Shown: positions 11,120 to 21,231, numbered from the stretch's first letter. The stretch: DNA of 64,000 nucleotides from an uncultured Chloroflexia bacterium (GCA_963743855.1 CAVURK010000006.1:1141119-1205118); one strand, 5' to 3'. Made by a program: numbers and translations. Notes: generated by a model not told the origin, from the sequence alone.

Positions 11120-12088
11120 TCAGATCCAGTGACGCAGCCGCGCCGCCACCAGGATGACGACGGCGAAGACGACCATCGCGGCGATCACGATCCAGAAGTT
11201 GTTCGTGTCATTGAAGAACGGCACCTGGAAGTTCATGCCCATCACCCCGGCCAGGACGACGGCCGGGAGCAGCACGGCCGACAGCATCGTCAGCACCTTC
11301 ATGACGTCGTTGGCGTCCTGGGCCGTCCGCCCCATGTGGATGTCGAACGTGCCGAGCAGGAGCTCGCGCAGGTTCTCGACCGCCTCGATCGCCCGATCGA
11401 GACGCTCGGTCAGGCCCGGCCATTGCTGCCCGAGCTCCTCGTGCAGGTCCATCTCCGGGCGCCCCAAGGCCGCGAACGCGACCCGGTGCGGGGCCAGCGT
11501 CCGACGGATGACGCCGATCCGGCGGCGCAGCGCGACGATCTCACCGAGGACGCTGCTCCCGCGCCGGCCGCGCAGGGCGCGTTCGTCGAGGCGGTCGATC
11601 TCGCGCTCCATCCCTTCGACGAGCTCGAGGTAGTCGGCGAGCACCTCGTCGGCGATCGCCGCCAGGAACCCGGCCGCATCGAGGGCACCGAGCGTCGTCT
11701 CGCCCTCGGTCGTGGCATCGAACCGGCCGAACGCGAGGATCGGACCCTCGTGGATCGTGACGACCCAGTTCCGTCCCGCGACGATGTCGATCGGGCGACG
11801 GATCGGCGTGTGCGATCCGTCGTCGGCGGCCGCCGGCTCCATCGACTGGAGGGTCAGGTGGAGCTGGTCGGGATAGGCTGTGAGGTCGGCGCGAGCGGTC
11901 GCCTTTGCCAGGCGATCGACGAGGACCGGCTCCATGCCGACCGCGGCGACCACCCGCTCCAGGTCCTCGCGCTGTCGTCCGTCGACGTCGACCCAGAGCA
12001 TCTGCCGGTCACCGATCTCGACAGGGCCGCCCTCATCGAGCTCCAGCTCGCGGTCTCGGCCGTCGGCGTCGTACAAGCGGACATGCAG
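11120..12088 (-). CDS. corA: magnesium/cobalt transporter CorA
   Basis: The C-terminal part of ORF 11120..12433 has the CorA cytoplasmic domain and two TM helices with the GMN motif (LLPAVVLAGVMGMNFQVPF). The upstream part of the ORF is Arg/Pro-rich junk. The start is uncertain and is placed near LHVRLYDADG. Confidence 0.85.
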   Translation of the reverse strand: MHVRLYDADGRDRELELDEGGPVEIGDRQMLWVDVDGRQREDLERVVAAVGMEPVLVDRLAKATARADLTAYPDQLHLTLQSMEPAAADDGSHTPIRRPIDIVAGRNWVVTIHEGPILAFGRFDATTEGETTLGALDAAGFLAAIADEVLADYLELVEGMEREIDRLDERALRGRRGSSVLGEIVALRRRIGVIRRTLAPHRVAFAALGRPEMDLHEELGQQWPGLTERLDRAIEAVENLRELLLGTFDIHMGRTAQDANDVMKVLTMLSAVLLPAVVLAGVMGMNFQVPFFNDTNNFWIVIAAMVVFAVVILVAARLRHWI

Positions 12089-12129
12089 GCCGCCCGGGCC
12101 GGGGTGCGGCCCACCGCCGGGATGCGGGT

Positions 12130-12201
12130 TCAGTGGAGTATCGCGAGCAGGGCGACGACCGCGAGCGCCAATCCGGCCGTCGCGTATTGGAAGACGTCCA
12201 T
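12130..12201 (-). CDS. candidate 23-aa hydrophobic micro-ORF immediately upstream of corA
   Basis: ATG 12201..12199 to TGA 12132..12130 encodes MDVFQYATAGLALAVVALLAILH. A GTCGGAcggcgcTCCGAC hairpin lies just 5' of the ATG. The corA coding region begins about 40 nt downstream. There is no homology evidence. Confidence 0.25.
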   Translation of the reverse strand: MDVFQYATAGLALAVVALLAILH

Positions 12202-12573
12202 CGCGCGGTCGGAGCGCCGTCCGACCAACGGATCGACCACCCTGTCGTGGGTGCCCCGGGAGAGTGGCAGATGAAGCATCGATAGCGTCCCTTCGTGGCG
12301 AAGACTGGCTGACATGGCGAACACCGGCTGATGCCCGGAGCATCGGACCTGCCGCATCCCGCGCACGCGCGCAGCGTGCGCACGCGACATCGCAGATGGA
12401 TTGCAGGTCCGCCACGCGGCTGCCCGCTGACATCCGGTTGATATGTCGGATGGCGCGGACGTTGTCCCGGCGCCGATCCAGGCACCCCAGAGTGCATCAC
12501 GAGTCCCGGGTATCGGGATCGATTGGACCACAGGCCCCGGGCGCCCAGACCCGGATGGGATGGAGGATTTCGA

Positions 12574-12855
12574 ATGAGCATCATCGCGTGGATCATCCTT
12601 GGCGCGATCGCCGGCTACCTGGCCGGTTTCCTCGTCAAGGGCGACGAAGGACTTGGCGTCATCGGACACATCGTCCTCGGCATCGTCGGCGCATTGGTCG
12701 GCGGTTTCCTGGCCAGCGCCCTCTTCAACAGCAAGCCGATCGACGGCCCATTCGACATCAGCTCGATCGTGGTCGCGGTGATCGGTGCCGTCATCGCGGT
12801 CGTGGTCGTGAACCTGGTCACCGGCCGCACCCGCACCGGCACCGGCCCGGTCTGA
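12574..12855 (+). CDS. GlsB/YeaQ/YmgE family stress-response membrane protein
   Basis: ATG 12574 follows GGAGGA. MSIIAWIILGAIAGYLAGFLVKGDEGLGVIGHIVLGIVGALVGGFLASALF is the typical transglycosylase-associated (GlsB) signature. Confidence 0.85.
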   Translation: MSIIAWIILGAIAGYLAGFLVKGDEGLGVIGHIVLGIVGALVGGFLASALFNSKPIDGPFDISSIVVAVIGAVIAVVVVNLVTGRTRTGTGPV

Positions 12856-12903
12856 GCCGCGGTCAGCGGAGGCGGCTTCCCGCCGCTCGCGCCCCACGTT
12901 CTC

Positions 12904-12933
12904 GAACGCCCATCCCTGTCGGGGTGGGCGTTC
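12904..12933 (+). terminator. stem-loop downstream of the GlsB-family gene
   Basis: GAACGCCCATCCC tgtc GGGGTGGGCGTTC forms a 13-bp stem with one mismatch, followed by a CTCGTGTG tail. A weaker hairpin lies at about 12865-12888. Confidence 0.4.
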
Positions 12934-13318
12934 CTCGTGTGCCGGCAGGACGCCACGCGGCTGCAACGCCTGCTCGCGCGGTTCCGGTCCGTTCGCCATG
13001 GTCCGGGCGGCATGCTGGATCAAGTCGGTCCCCGTGCCACTGGGGGTCCGGGGGCCGACTCTTCCTCCACCAGCGCTCCCACCGGGAGCGTCCCCAGTGC
13101 GATGCGAATGCAATGTGTTGACCCGCCACCGTTTCGACGTTGCACGGGTGGTGACCCTAGGCTGAACGAGCACAACTGATGTATCCGACCCCCTGGAGCG
13201 CCAGTGACGGGGTTCTCCAGGACTCGCACGGACGGCCCGGGCCCCCTCCCCGGGTCGTCCGTTGCCGTTTCCGGCGGGATCCGGACAGCGCCCAGCCAGT
13301 CGTTGAAGGAGACGCACG

Positions 13319-13714
13319 ATGACCACTCCGACCTCTGAGACGAGGACCACCCGAACTGCTCATGACACCGACGACGGGCGCGTCCCGGCGCTCGGCGAGA
13401 CCCTCTCCGGGGCCGCCGTGACTGCCAAGGACACGGCGGCCGATGTCGTTTCGCGCCTCCCCGAGGTCGCGGCCACGACACGCAGCGCGATCGAGGACGC
13501 GAACCGTCAGATCAGCGCCGGGAGCGATGAGATGCTGGCGGTCGGGACGCTGCTGTCGTACGGCGTCGCGATGGGACTCCTGCTCGGCGGCGGCAGCCGT
13601 CTCCTGGTCGCGGCGGCGCTCGTGCCGGCCGGGATGCTCGGCCTCAACCTGCTCGACCGGAGCACACGCGCGAAGGGCCGGTCGAGCGGCGCCGGTCGCC
13701 TGCAAGGCAGTTGA
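13319..13714 (+). CDS. hypothetical membrane protein
   Basis: ATG follows GAAGGAG. It has a hydrophilic N-terminus and then two predicted TM helices (LAVGTLLSYGVAMGLLLGGG, LLVAAALVPAGMLGLNLL). No family recognised. Confidence 0.55.
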   Translation: MTTPTSETRTTRTAHDTDDGRVPALGETLSGAAVTAKDTAADVVSRLPEVAATTRSAIEDANRQISAGSDEMLAVGTLLSYGVAMGLLLGGGSRLLVAAALVPAGMLGLNLLDRSTRAKGRSSGAGRLQGS

Positions 13715-13819
13715 TAGCGCGCTCGACCGCTCTGGAGACCGGGTGCCACGTCCCCGCTCCTACCGTCATCCCAACGGTCGCGCATCCGAGTCGCGACCCA
13801 GCGAATGGGAGTCACAGTC

Positions 13820-14014
13820 ATGGATGACGCAAAGCGCACCTACCGCGAAGTCGAGAAGGACACCAAGCAGGCGTATCGCGAAGCTGATGGCGGCGAAGGC
13901 CCCATCGACAAGCTGGGCGATGCCGGTGACGAGGTCCGCAAGGATCTCGGGAACGCCGGCGACGACGCCCGCCAGGCCAGCGACGACATGGCGCGCGACG
14001 TCTCGAAGCCGTAA
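13820..14014 (+). CDS. small acidic hydrophilic protein (general-stress-protein-like)
   Basis: MDDAKRTYREVEKDTKQAYREADGGEGPIDKLGDAGDEVRKDLGNAGDDARQASDDMARDVSKP. ATG 13820 follows GGGAG. A strong terminator follows the stop. Confidence 0.5.
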   Translation: MDDAKRTYREVEKDTKQAYREADGGEGPIDKLGDAGDEVRKDLGNAGDDARQASDDMARDVSKP

Positions 14015-14033
14015 TCGCACCCTCCCTTCACAG

Positions 14034-14064
14034 CCGAAGCCCCCGGTCCGTCCGGGGGCTTCGG
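14034..14064 (+). terminator. GC-rich hairpin after the small hydrophilic gene
   Basis: GCCGAAGCCCCCGG tcc gt CCGGGGGCTTCGG is a near-perfect inverted repeat lying 20 nt after the stop at 14014. Confidence 0.55.
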
Positions 14065-14152
14065 GGCGTCCGGGGGTCAGTGAGGTCAGCCGCGCGTTGC
14101 AGGATCCAGGGCGACAGCTGGTGTCGCAGGCCACACAAACGCAGGCACACAA

Positions 14153-14184
14153 AAAGAGACGCCCCTCGGAAGGGGCGTCTCTTT
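14153..14184 (-). terminator. intrinsic terminator of the small lipoprotein gene
   Basis: On the minus strand the sequence is AAAGAGACGCCCCTtccgAGGGGCGTCTCTTTTTGTGTG, a perfect 14-bp stem followed by a T-run. It lies 18 nt after the stop at 14202. Confidence 0.7.
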
Positions 14185-14201
14185 GGATCCTGGTCAGTCG
14201 A

Positions 14202-14363
14202 TCAGGAGGCGCTGGGGGCCGGCGAGCTCGAGTCGACCGGGGCCACCGACGGTGCCTCGACCGAGGGGACCGGGGCGATGGTCGGAGCCGGGGTGGCCGT
14301 CGAATTACACCCGCCGACGGCCATGGCCGCGGCGAGGACCAGCAAGGCAAGCAGTGCTCTCAT
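14202..14363 (-). CDS. small secreted lipoprotein
   Basis: ATG 14363 follows GAGGAG. MRALLALLVLAAAMAVGGCNSTATPAP gives a signal peptide plus lipobox, followed by a Pro/Ser/Ala-rich tail. Confidence 0.6.
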   Translation of the reverse strand: MRALLALLVLAAAMAVGGCNSTATPAPTIAPVPSVEAPSVAPVDSSSPAPSAS

Positions 14364-14556
14364 ACGGAAATTCTCCTCGTGTGTGGGGTTACGCCTCACC
14401 GTATGGCCGGCGCCGTCAGACCGATGCTTCGGGAATAGCCGAGACCATTGCAGGGGCATCTAACCGCGACCCAGCCCAAGAGCGCGACGGGTCTGTAACG
14501 TGCCCGGGGTCCGCGCTGAGGGTCCGGGACCCCATGCCCGACCTCACCATCAGGGC

Positions 14557-15366
14557 ATGCAGCCGCGAGACCTCGTGGCGCGCGTGCACGAAGCCGGTCC
14601 CGAGTCCGAGCAGTCACGCCGCCTCTCTACAGCGCCGATGCCACGGTCCCCCTTGCCCGCTCCGGGGGGGCCGGTCGCAGCCCGTGACCGGGAGGCCTTT
14701 CTGGATATCCTGACCCACGAGCTCCGGACGCCGGTCACCACGATCTACGGCGGGGCGCAACTGCTCGCGACCCGGGACCTCCGGCCGACCCGCCGCCGCG
14801 CCGTCGCGGGCGATATCTGGCTCGAGGCAGATCGTCTCTATCGGCTGGTCGAGGACCTCGTCGTGCTTCTCCGTTCCGAACGCGAGAGCCTGCGCCCGGT
14901 CGGTGAGCCGGTCGCTCTTGGCCACCTGGTCGAACGGGCAGTCAGCCAGATGGTGACCCGCCACCCGGGCGTGCAGGTCCGCCTGCTGGGAACGCGCGAC
15001 GCGGCGGCCGATGGCGCGGACGAGGTGCTCGTGATGCACGTCCTGCGCAACCTGCTCGACAACGCTGTCCGCTACGGCGGGACGACCGACCCGATCGAAG
15101 TCGTCGTCACCGGTTCGGCGACGGATGTGATGGTCCGGATCGTCCATCGCGGCGGGCCCCCGAGCCGTGATGGAGATCCGTTCGCCTTGTCGGCCGAGAG
15201 TGACGGCACCGACGCCGGGCGCGCTGGAGGCGGGATCGGGCTCTATGTCGCGGACCGCCTCGTCCGGGCCATGCATGGCCGGATCTGGACAGCGCCACGG
15301 GGCACCGACCACGTCGAGTTCGGCTTCACCTTGTCGCGCTCGACCCCCCGCCGCGGGGACGCCTGA
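14557..15366 (+). CDS. soluble histidine kinase (HisKA + HATPase_c), paralog of the 9589 kinase
   Basis: H-box LDILTHELRTPVTTIYGGAQLL, N-box LRNLLDNAVRYG, G-box GGGIGLYVADRLVRAMHGRIWTA. No TM segment. The start is ATG 14557 or GTG 14500. Confidence 0.8.
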   Translation: MQPRDLVARVHEAGPESEQSRRLSTAPMPRSPLPAPGGPVAARDREAFLDILTHELRTPVTTIYGGAQLLATRDLRPTRRRAVAGDIWLEADRLYRLVEDLVVLLRSERESLRPVGEPVALGHLVERAVSQMVTRHPGVQVRLLGTRDAAADGADEVLVMHVLRNLLDNAVRYGGTTDPIEVVVTGSATDVMVRIVHRGGPPSRDGDPFALSAESDGTDAGRAGGGIGLYVADRLVRAMHGRIWTAPRGTDHVEFGFTLSRSTPRRGDA

Positions 15367-15413
15367 CCGGGCCACGAGCTGCCCTGCCGGACCCGACCGC
15401 GCTCGCCGACCGA

Positions 15414-16488
15414 CTAGCGACTCGACGGCGCCGGCCGTCTGCGTCGGCGCAGGAGCGCGCTGACCTCCGCCTCCTCGCCCGGGTCGAGCGAGGTCCCCGC
15501 CGGAGCGGTGTCAGGCTCGCCGTCATCGGGCGGCATCCGACGGCTCGGGATCTCGCCATCCAGGTAGGCCTCGAGGATCGCGGGGTGGACATAGCTGTTG
15601 CGTGCGACGGCGGGGGTATTGCCCGAGACGGTCGGCCGTCTGGCGGACCGCCTCGACGACGTTGCGCCGCGCCGCGACCTCGTCGCTCTCCCGTGTCGCC
15701 GTGCGCAGGGCGCGATACGCGAGGACCGTCCCGGCCCAGGTCCTGAAGTCCTTGGCGGTCACGTCGGCCCCGGAGATCTCGCGCAGGTACGCGTTGACGT
15801 CATCGGAGGCGATGTCGTGTGTCTCGCCATCTGGTCCCAGGTACTGGAAAAGTTCCTGGCCGGGCAGGTCCTGGAGGTGACGGATGACGCCGGCCATGCG
15901 CCGATCGCGCAGCCCGACCTCGTGCTGGCGCCCTGACTTGCCGCGGAAGCGGAAGCGGACGGCCGTCCCGGTCACGCGAGCGTGGCGCGTCCGCAGCGTG
16001 GTCAGCCCGAACGAGCGGTTGAGCCGGGCGTACTCCTCGTTGCCGACCCGGATGAGCGTCATCTCGAGGAGGCGCACGACCGCGGCCAGGACCTTCTCGC
16101 GCGGCAACCCCGGCCGCGCAAGGTCCCGATCGACCCGCGCACGGATGCGCGGCAGGATCCGGGCGAAGTCGATCAGCCGCTCGAACTTGGCGTCGTCGCG
16201 TCGCGCTCGCCAGCGCGCGTGATAGCGGTACTGCTTGCGACCCCGCGCGTCGCGGCCGGTCGCCTGGAGGTGGCCGTTCGGGCTCGGGCAGATCCAGACG
16301 TCGGTCCAGGCCGGTGGGACGGCCAGGCGTCGGATCCGGTCCAGCGTCTCGGGATCCCGGACCAGCCGGCCGTCGGCATCGCGGTAGGAGAAGCCCCGGC
16401 CGGCCCGACGGCGCGCGATCCCGGGGCGATCGTCGCTGGCGTAGCGCAGGCCCGCCGCACGCGCCGACGCACGGTCATCGGTGATCAT
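15414..16488 (-). pseudogene. DNA topoisomerase IB, frame interrupted near 15623
   Basis: ORF 15523..16488 reads GLRYASDDRPGIARRRAGRGFSYRDADG...PPAWTDVWICP...GRDARGRKQYRYH...LIRVGNEEYA...FRFRGKSG...DFRTWAGT. After ADRLG the conserved end NTPAVARNSYVHPAILEAYLDGEI continues in another frame to TAG 15416..15414. There is an extra base in a CCC/GGG run. Confidence 0.85.
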
Positions 16489-16515
16489 CGGGGCAAGCCC
16501 GCGGACACGACCGCT

Positions 16516-17746
16516 CTACGCAGATCGCTCCGGGGTGCACCGACCGACGCCACCAGCGCCGTCCGCGAGGCCATCGAGACCCCGACTCTCTCGCTCGCTC
16601 CCCGTGGCGCTCAGCCCGCTGCCGTCGTCATCGTGTCGAGCGCCCGGGGTCGCATCATCTCGCGGGCGTCCCCCGGGTCGGTCGACGACCCATCGTCCGC
16701 ATCGCCGAGCATGGCTGCGGTAGATCGACTCGTAGCCATCGGTCATCCGGCCCGCCGAGAACCGCTCGAGGACCGAGGTGCGGATCGCCGCCCGATCGAG
16801 GTCCTCGACCCGGTCGACCATGAACGCCAGCTGCTCGACGTCGTCTCCGAAGAACCCGTCGACGCCATCGCGGATGATCTCGGGCAGGCCGCCGACGCGG
16901 CGGGCCAGGATCGGCGTGCCGCAGGCGAGCGCCTCGATCGCCACGAGGCCGAACGGCTCCGGCCACGAGCCGGGCATCAGCGAGGCGTACGACTCGGCGA
17001 AGAGCAGGTCGCGCTCCTTCTGCTCGAGCTCGCCGAGGAATTCGACCGACGACCCGGCGGCCTCGAGGGCCGGCAGGAAGACGTTCTCGAGATAGTCGCG
17101 CTCGGCGGCCATCGGGCCCGACTTGGCCGCGATCCGCAACGGTCGCCCGGTCGCCTTGGCGATGTCGATCGCCTCCACGATCCCCTTCTCCGGCGCCACC
17201 CGGCCGACGAAGCACAGACCGTCGCCGCGCCGCCGGTCGTACGGGGCGTCGTCGAGCGTCAGGCCGTTGTGGACGATCCCGGCCCAGGCCACGTCCGGGT
17301 GGGTGGACGCCTGGTTCGCGCTGATCGCCACCAGCCCGGCTGTCGGCGTCGCGAACGACGCGTCGGACCAGGGCAGGTCGAGACGGCCGTGGAAGGTCGA
17401 CACGACCGGGATCGGCGAGACGCGTGCCAGCAGGAAGCTCGCCCATTCGAGATGGCTGTGGATGAGGTCGAAGTCGTCGATCCGGTCGAGGACCGCCTGG
17501 ATGGTCAGGTAGAAGTAGGGCGCCGCGTCGCCGCTGTAGCCGGCCGGCCGCAATGCCTGCGCCACGGTCGGGATCGAGCCGTCCGGGCACCTCGGAATCG
17601 CCACTCGCGAACGTGGTCACATCGTGTCCGCGACGGTCGAGCTCGCGGACGAGCTCGTAGACGACGCGCTCGGTCCCGCCGTAGGCGCGTGGCGGGACGC
17701 GCTCCATCGGGGGGACGACCTGGGCGATGCGCAAGGGACGGTTCAT
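16516..17746 (-). pseudogene. GT4-family (GT-B fold) glycosyltransferase, frame interrupted near 17575
   Basis: The N-terminus MNRPLRIAQVVPPMERVPPRAYGGTERVVYELVRELDRRGHDVTTFASGDSEV (ATG 17746 after AAGAGGAG) is in the frame of ORF 16655..18079. The remainder (IHSHLEW...VGRVAPEKG...EPFGLVAIEALACGTPILARRVGGLPEII) is in ORF 16516..17604. The last 60 codons are low-complexity, so the true stop is uncertain. Confidence 0.8.
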
Positions 17747-17840
17747 GTTCGCGGTACTCCTCTTGACAACGATACCGCGGGTCCGCCGAAACGGGCCCGC
17801 GGGTCGTGTCGCCTTGCCGATCGGTGATCGGCGTGAACGC

Positions 17841-18368
17841 TCAGGGGCGGTCGTCGGTCGTGGTGATGGTGTCCTCGCCCTCGGCGTGCTCCTCGGTCTT
17901 GTCGCCGGCACCGGCACCGGCACCCGCGCCGACTGCGGCACCGACGACGGCACCCGGAGGTCCGGCGATGGCGCCACCGACGACGGCACCGGCAGCGCCG
18001 CCACCCAGGGCGCCGGTCCCGGCCCCGGCCTTGTCGTGTCCTTCGCTGGCCTCACCGGCGACCGCGCCGGCGACACCACCGATCGCGCCGCCGATCACGG
18101 CACCCGGAGGGCCACCGACGGCCATCCCGACAGCGGCGCCGCCGAGGACGCCGGCACCGGCACCCATGGCCTCGTTGCCATGCTCGTGGGTGGCGTGCTC
18201 GTCGTGGTCATGGTCGTGGTCGACGCCGAGGTCGGGCGCAGGCGCACGCTCGTCCTGCGGCTCGTAGACGGTCCCCTCGACCGGGGTCCAGCCGGGCGTC
18301 GAGTCGTCGAGCGTCTCGTCGCGCCGCAGGAGCGGGTCGTTCTTGTCGATCGGGTCGTTGCGGTCCAC
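17841..18368 (-). CDS. glycine-zipper-rich protein with a His/Asp cluster
   Basis: Part of ORF 17841..18530. GTG 18368 lies 5 nt after CAGGAGG. The sequence has DHDHDHDEHATHEHG followed by long GxxxG/A runs (GAGAGVLGGAAVGMAVGGPPGAVIGGAIGGVAGAVAG...). No family assigned. Confidence 0.55.
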   Translation of the reverse strand: MDRNDPIDKNDPLLRRDETLDDSTPGWTPVEGTVYEPQDERAPAPDLGVDHDHDHDEHATHEHGNEAMGAGAGVLGGAAVGMAVGGPPGAVIGGAIGGVAGAVAGEASEGHDKAGAGTGALGGGAAGAVVGGAIAGPPGAVVGAAVGAGAGAGAGDKTEEHAEGEDTITTTDDRP

Positions 18369-18532
18369 GTGGGCCTCCTGGTGGTCAGCGTGCCGGCGGT
18401 CGCCGGCGTCGACGTCGGATGACGTCGTCGGATGCACCGTAGGGAGACTCGGCCCACATGGGCACGCTATCGGGACAGGGACGCCTATCAGTCGCGTGAC
18501 GAGCGGCGGCTCGGCTGCCGCCGACGCCACGG

Positions 18533-21231
18533 TCAGAGGGCGAGCGGGTCCGTCTTCTCCGGATCGATCCCGAGGTCGCGGATCGCCTTGCCGGCCGTCG
18601 ACGCCGGCATCGCTCCGCAGCGAACGAGCGCGACAAGCGTCGCCGCCGCGATGTGCGGTGGGTCGATCTCGAACAGCGAGCGCAGGTTCTCGCGGGTGTC
18701 ACTCCGGCCGAAGCCGTCGGTCCCAAGGGCCAGGTAGTGCGGTGGCAGCCAGCGCGAGACCATGTCCGGGAGCGCCTTCATCCAGTCCGAGGCAGCCACG
18801 ATCGGTCCGCCGTCGGGCGGCAGGATCGTGCTGACGAACGGGACTCGCGCCTTCTTCGCCTCGGGGTGGAGCCGGTTCCAGCGCTCGGTCTCGAGTGCGT
18901 CGCGTCGAAGCAGCGGGAACGACGGGGCGCTGTAGACCTCGGCGGCGACGCCGAACTTCTCGGCGAGCAGGTCGCGCGCCGCGAGGACCTGGCCGAGGAT
19001 CGCGCCCGAGCCGACCAGCCGCGCCGGGTGCGCGTCGCGACCGAGATCGGGGCGGCGGCAAAGCGGTAGACACCGCGCAGGATCTGCTCGTCGGTGACGC
19101 CGTCGGGTCGCGGCGGCTGGGCGTAGTTCTCGTTGTAGATCGTGACGTAGTAGAAGACGTCCTCTGGCTTCGGGCCGTACATCCGCTCGATGCCGTCGCG
19201 GATGACCGCTGCCAGCTCGTAGGCGAAGGCCGGGTCGTAGGCGCGGACGTTGGGCACCGTCGAGGACAGGATCTGGCTGTGCCCGTCGTCGTGCTGGAGG
19301 CCCTCGCCGGTGAGGGTCGTGCGGCCGGCCGTGGCGCCCATCAGGAAGCCTCGACCGCGCGCGTCCCCGAACGCCCACATCTGGTCGCCCGTCCGCTGGA
19401 ACCCGAACATCGAGTAGAAGATGTAGAACGGGATGACCGGCAGGCCGTGCGTCGCGTAGGACGTGCCGGCCGCCTGGAAGCTGGCCATCGAGCCCGCCTC
19501 GGTGATCCCCTCCTCGAGGACCTGGCCGTCGGTCGACTCGCGGTACGACAGGACCAGGTCCGAGTCGACCGGTGAATAGCGCTGCCCGAGCGCCGAGTAG
19601 ATCCCGACCTCCTTGAACAGCGGGTCCATGCCGAAGGTGCGGGCCTCGTCCGGGATGATCGGCACGATCCGCGGGCCGAGCTCCGGATCGCGGATCAGGT
19701 TGCGCAGGATGCGGGCGAAGACCATCGTCGTCGAGACCGGCGTCGCGCTCCCGGCGGCGAACTCGGCATCGACCGCGGCGGCCGGGGCCGGCAACGGCGT
19801 GGATCGCACCGTGCGGTGCGGCAACGGGCCACCGAGCGCGCGTCGTCGCTCGACGAGGTACTGGACCTCCTCGGAATCGGGGCCCGGGTGGTAGTACGGC
19901 GCGTCCTTGAGGGTCGCGTCCGGGATCGGCAGCTCGAGCCGATCGCGGAAGATCTTGAGCTCGGCCTCGTTGAGCTTCTTGGCCTGGTGGGTGATGTTGC
20001 GGGCCTCGACCCCGGGTCCGAGCGTCCAGCCCTTGACGGTGTGCGCCAGGATCACGGTCGGCGCGCCGGTGTGCTCGGTCGCGGCCTTGTAGGCGGCGAA
20101 CACCTTGCGGTAGTCGTGACCGCCGCGCCGGAGCTTGGCGAGGTCGTCGTCGGTCAGGTGCTCGACCAGCTTCTTCAGCCGAGGGTCTGGCCCGAAGAAG
20201 TGCTCGCGGATATATGCGCCACCGGCGACCGAGAACTTCTGGAACTCCCCGTCGAGCGTCTCGTTCATCTTCTGGACCAGCAGGCCGTCGACGTCGCGCG
20301 CGAGGAGGTCGTCCCACTCGCGACCCCAGATGACCTTGATCACGTTCCAGCCCGCGCCGCGGAACGCGGATTCGAGCTCCTGGATGATCTTGCCGTTGCC
20401 GCGGACCGGGCCGTCGAGGCGCTGCAGGTTGCAGTTGACGACGAAGGTGAGGTTGTCGAGACCTTCGCGCGACGCGACGTGCAGCGCGCCGAGCGATTCG
20501 GGCTCATCGGTCTCGCCGTCGCCGAGGAAGGCCCAGACCCGCGACTGCGAGGTATCGAGCAGGCCGCGGTTGTTGAGATAGCGGTTGTAGCGCGCCTGGT
20601 AGATCGCGCTGATCGGGCCGAGCCCCATCGAGACCGTCGGGTACTCCCAGAACTCGGGCATCAGGCGCGGGTGCGGGTACGAGCTCAGGCCGGGCACCGG
20701 GCCGGTCTCGCGGCGGAAGTGATCGAGCTGGTCGACGCTCAGGCGGCCTTCGAGGAACGCGCGGGCGTAGATGCCCGGCGCCGCGTGTCCCTGGTAGAAG
20801 ATCTGGTCGCCACTCCCCCCGCCGTCCTTGCCCCGGAAGAAGTGGTTGAACCCGACCTCGTAGAGCGACGCCGCAGACGCGTAGGTCGCGAGGTGGCCGC
20901 CGATCCCCGAGAAGCTGTTGTTGGCGCGCAGGACCATGGCCACCGCGTTCCAGCGGATCAGCCGCCGGATCCGGCGCTCCATCTGCTCGTCGCCGGGAAA
21001 GGCCGGTTCCTGCTCTGGGCTGATGGTGTTGATGTAGCGGGTCTGGGTCAGCGGCGGCAGGCCGACCTGGAGCTGGCGTGCCCGCTTGAGCAGCTTGTAG
21101 ATGATGAACCGGGCCCGCGCCTCACCTTCGTCGGCGACGACCTGGTCGAGCGATGCGAGCCAGTCGTCGGTCTCGTCGGGGTCGATGTCGGGCAGCTGGT
21201 GCTTGAACTCGTCGAAATACATGGCGGTCAA
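18533..21231 (-). pseudogene. aceE: pyruvate dehydrogenase E1 component (homodimeric AceE type), frame interrupted near 19048
   Basis: ORF 18778..21231 reads [17 protein letters not shown]...[24 protein letters not shown]...[12 protein letters not shown]. The C-terminus ([34 protein letters not shown]...LGTDGFGRSDTRENLRSLFEID) is in ORF 18533..20317. There is a net one-base loss in a GGGG run. The start is either TTG 21231, which overlaps the upstream stop, or ATG 21222. Confidence 0.9.

Noticed and set aside
12202-12440. Possible M-box (Mg2+) riboswitch upstream of corA
   Set aside because: Reading the minus strand, I found none of the conserved M-box segments, only generic GC palindromes such as GCGTGCGCACGC.
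13025-13055. GCCACTG string reminiscent of the cobalamin riboswitch core
   Set aside because: I could find no B12-box or surrounding conserved helices, and the downstream gene is not cobalamin-related. A covariance-model scan would settle it.
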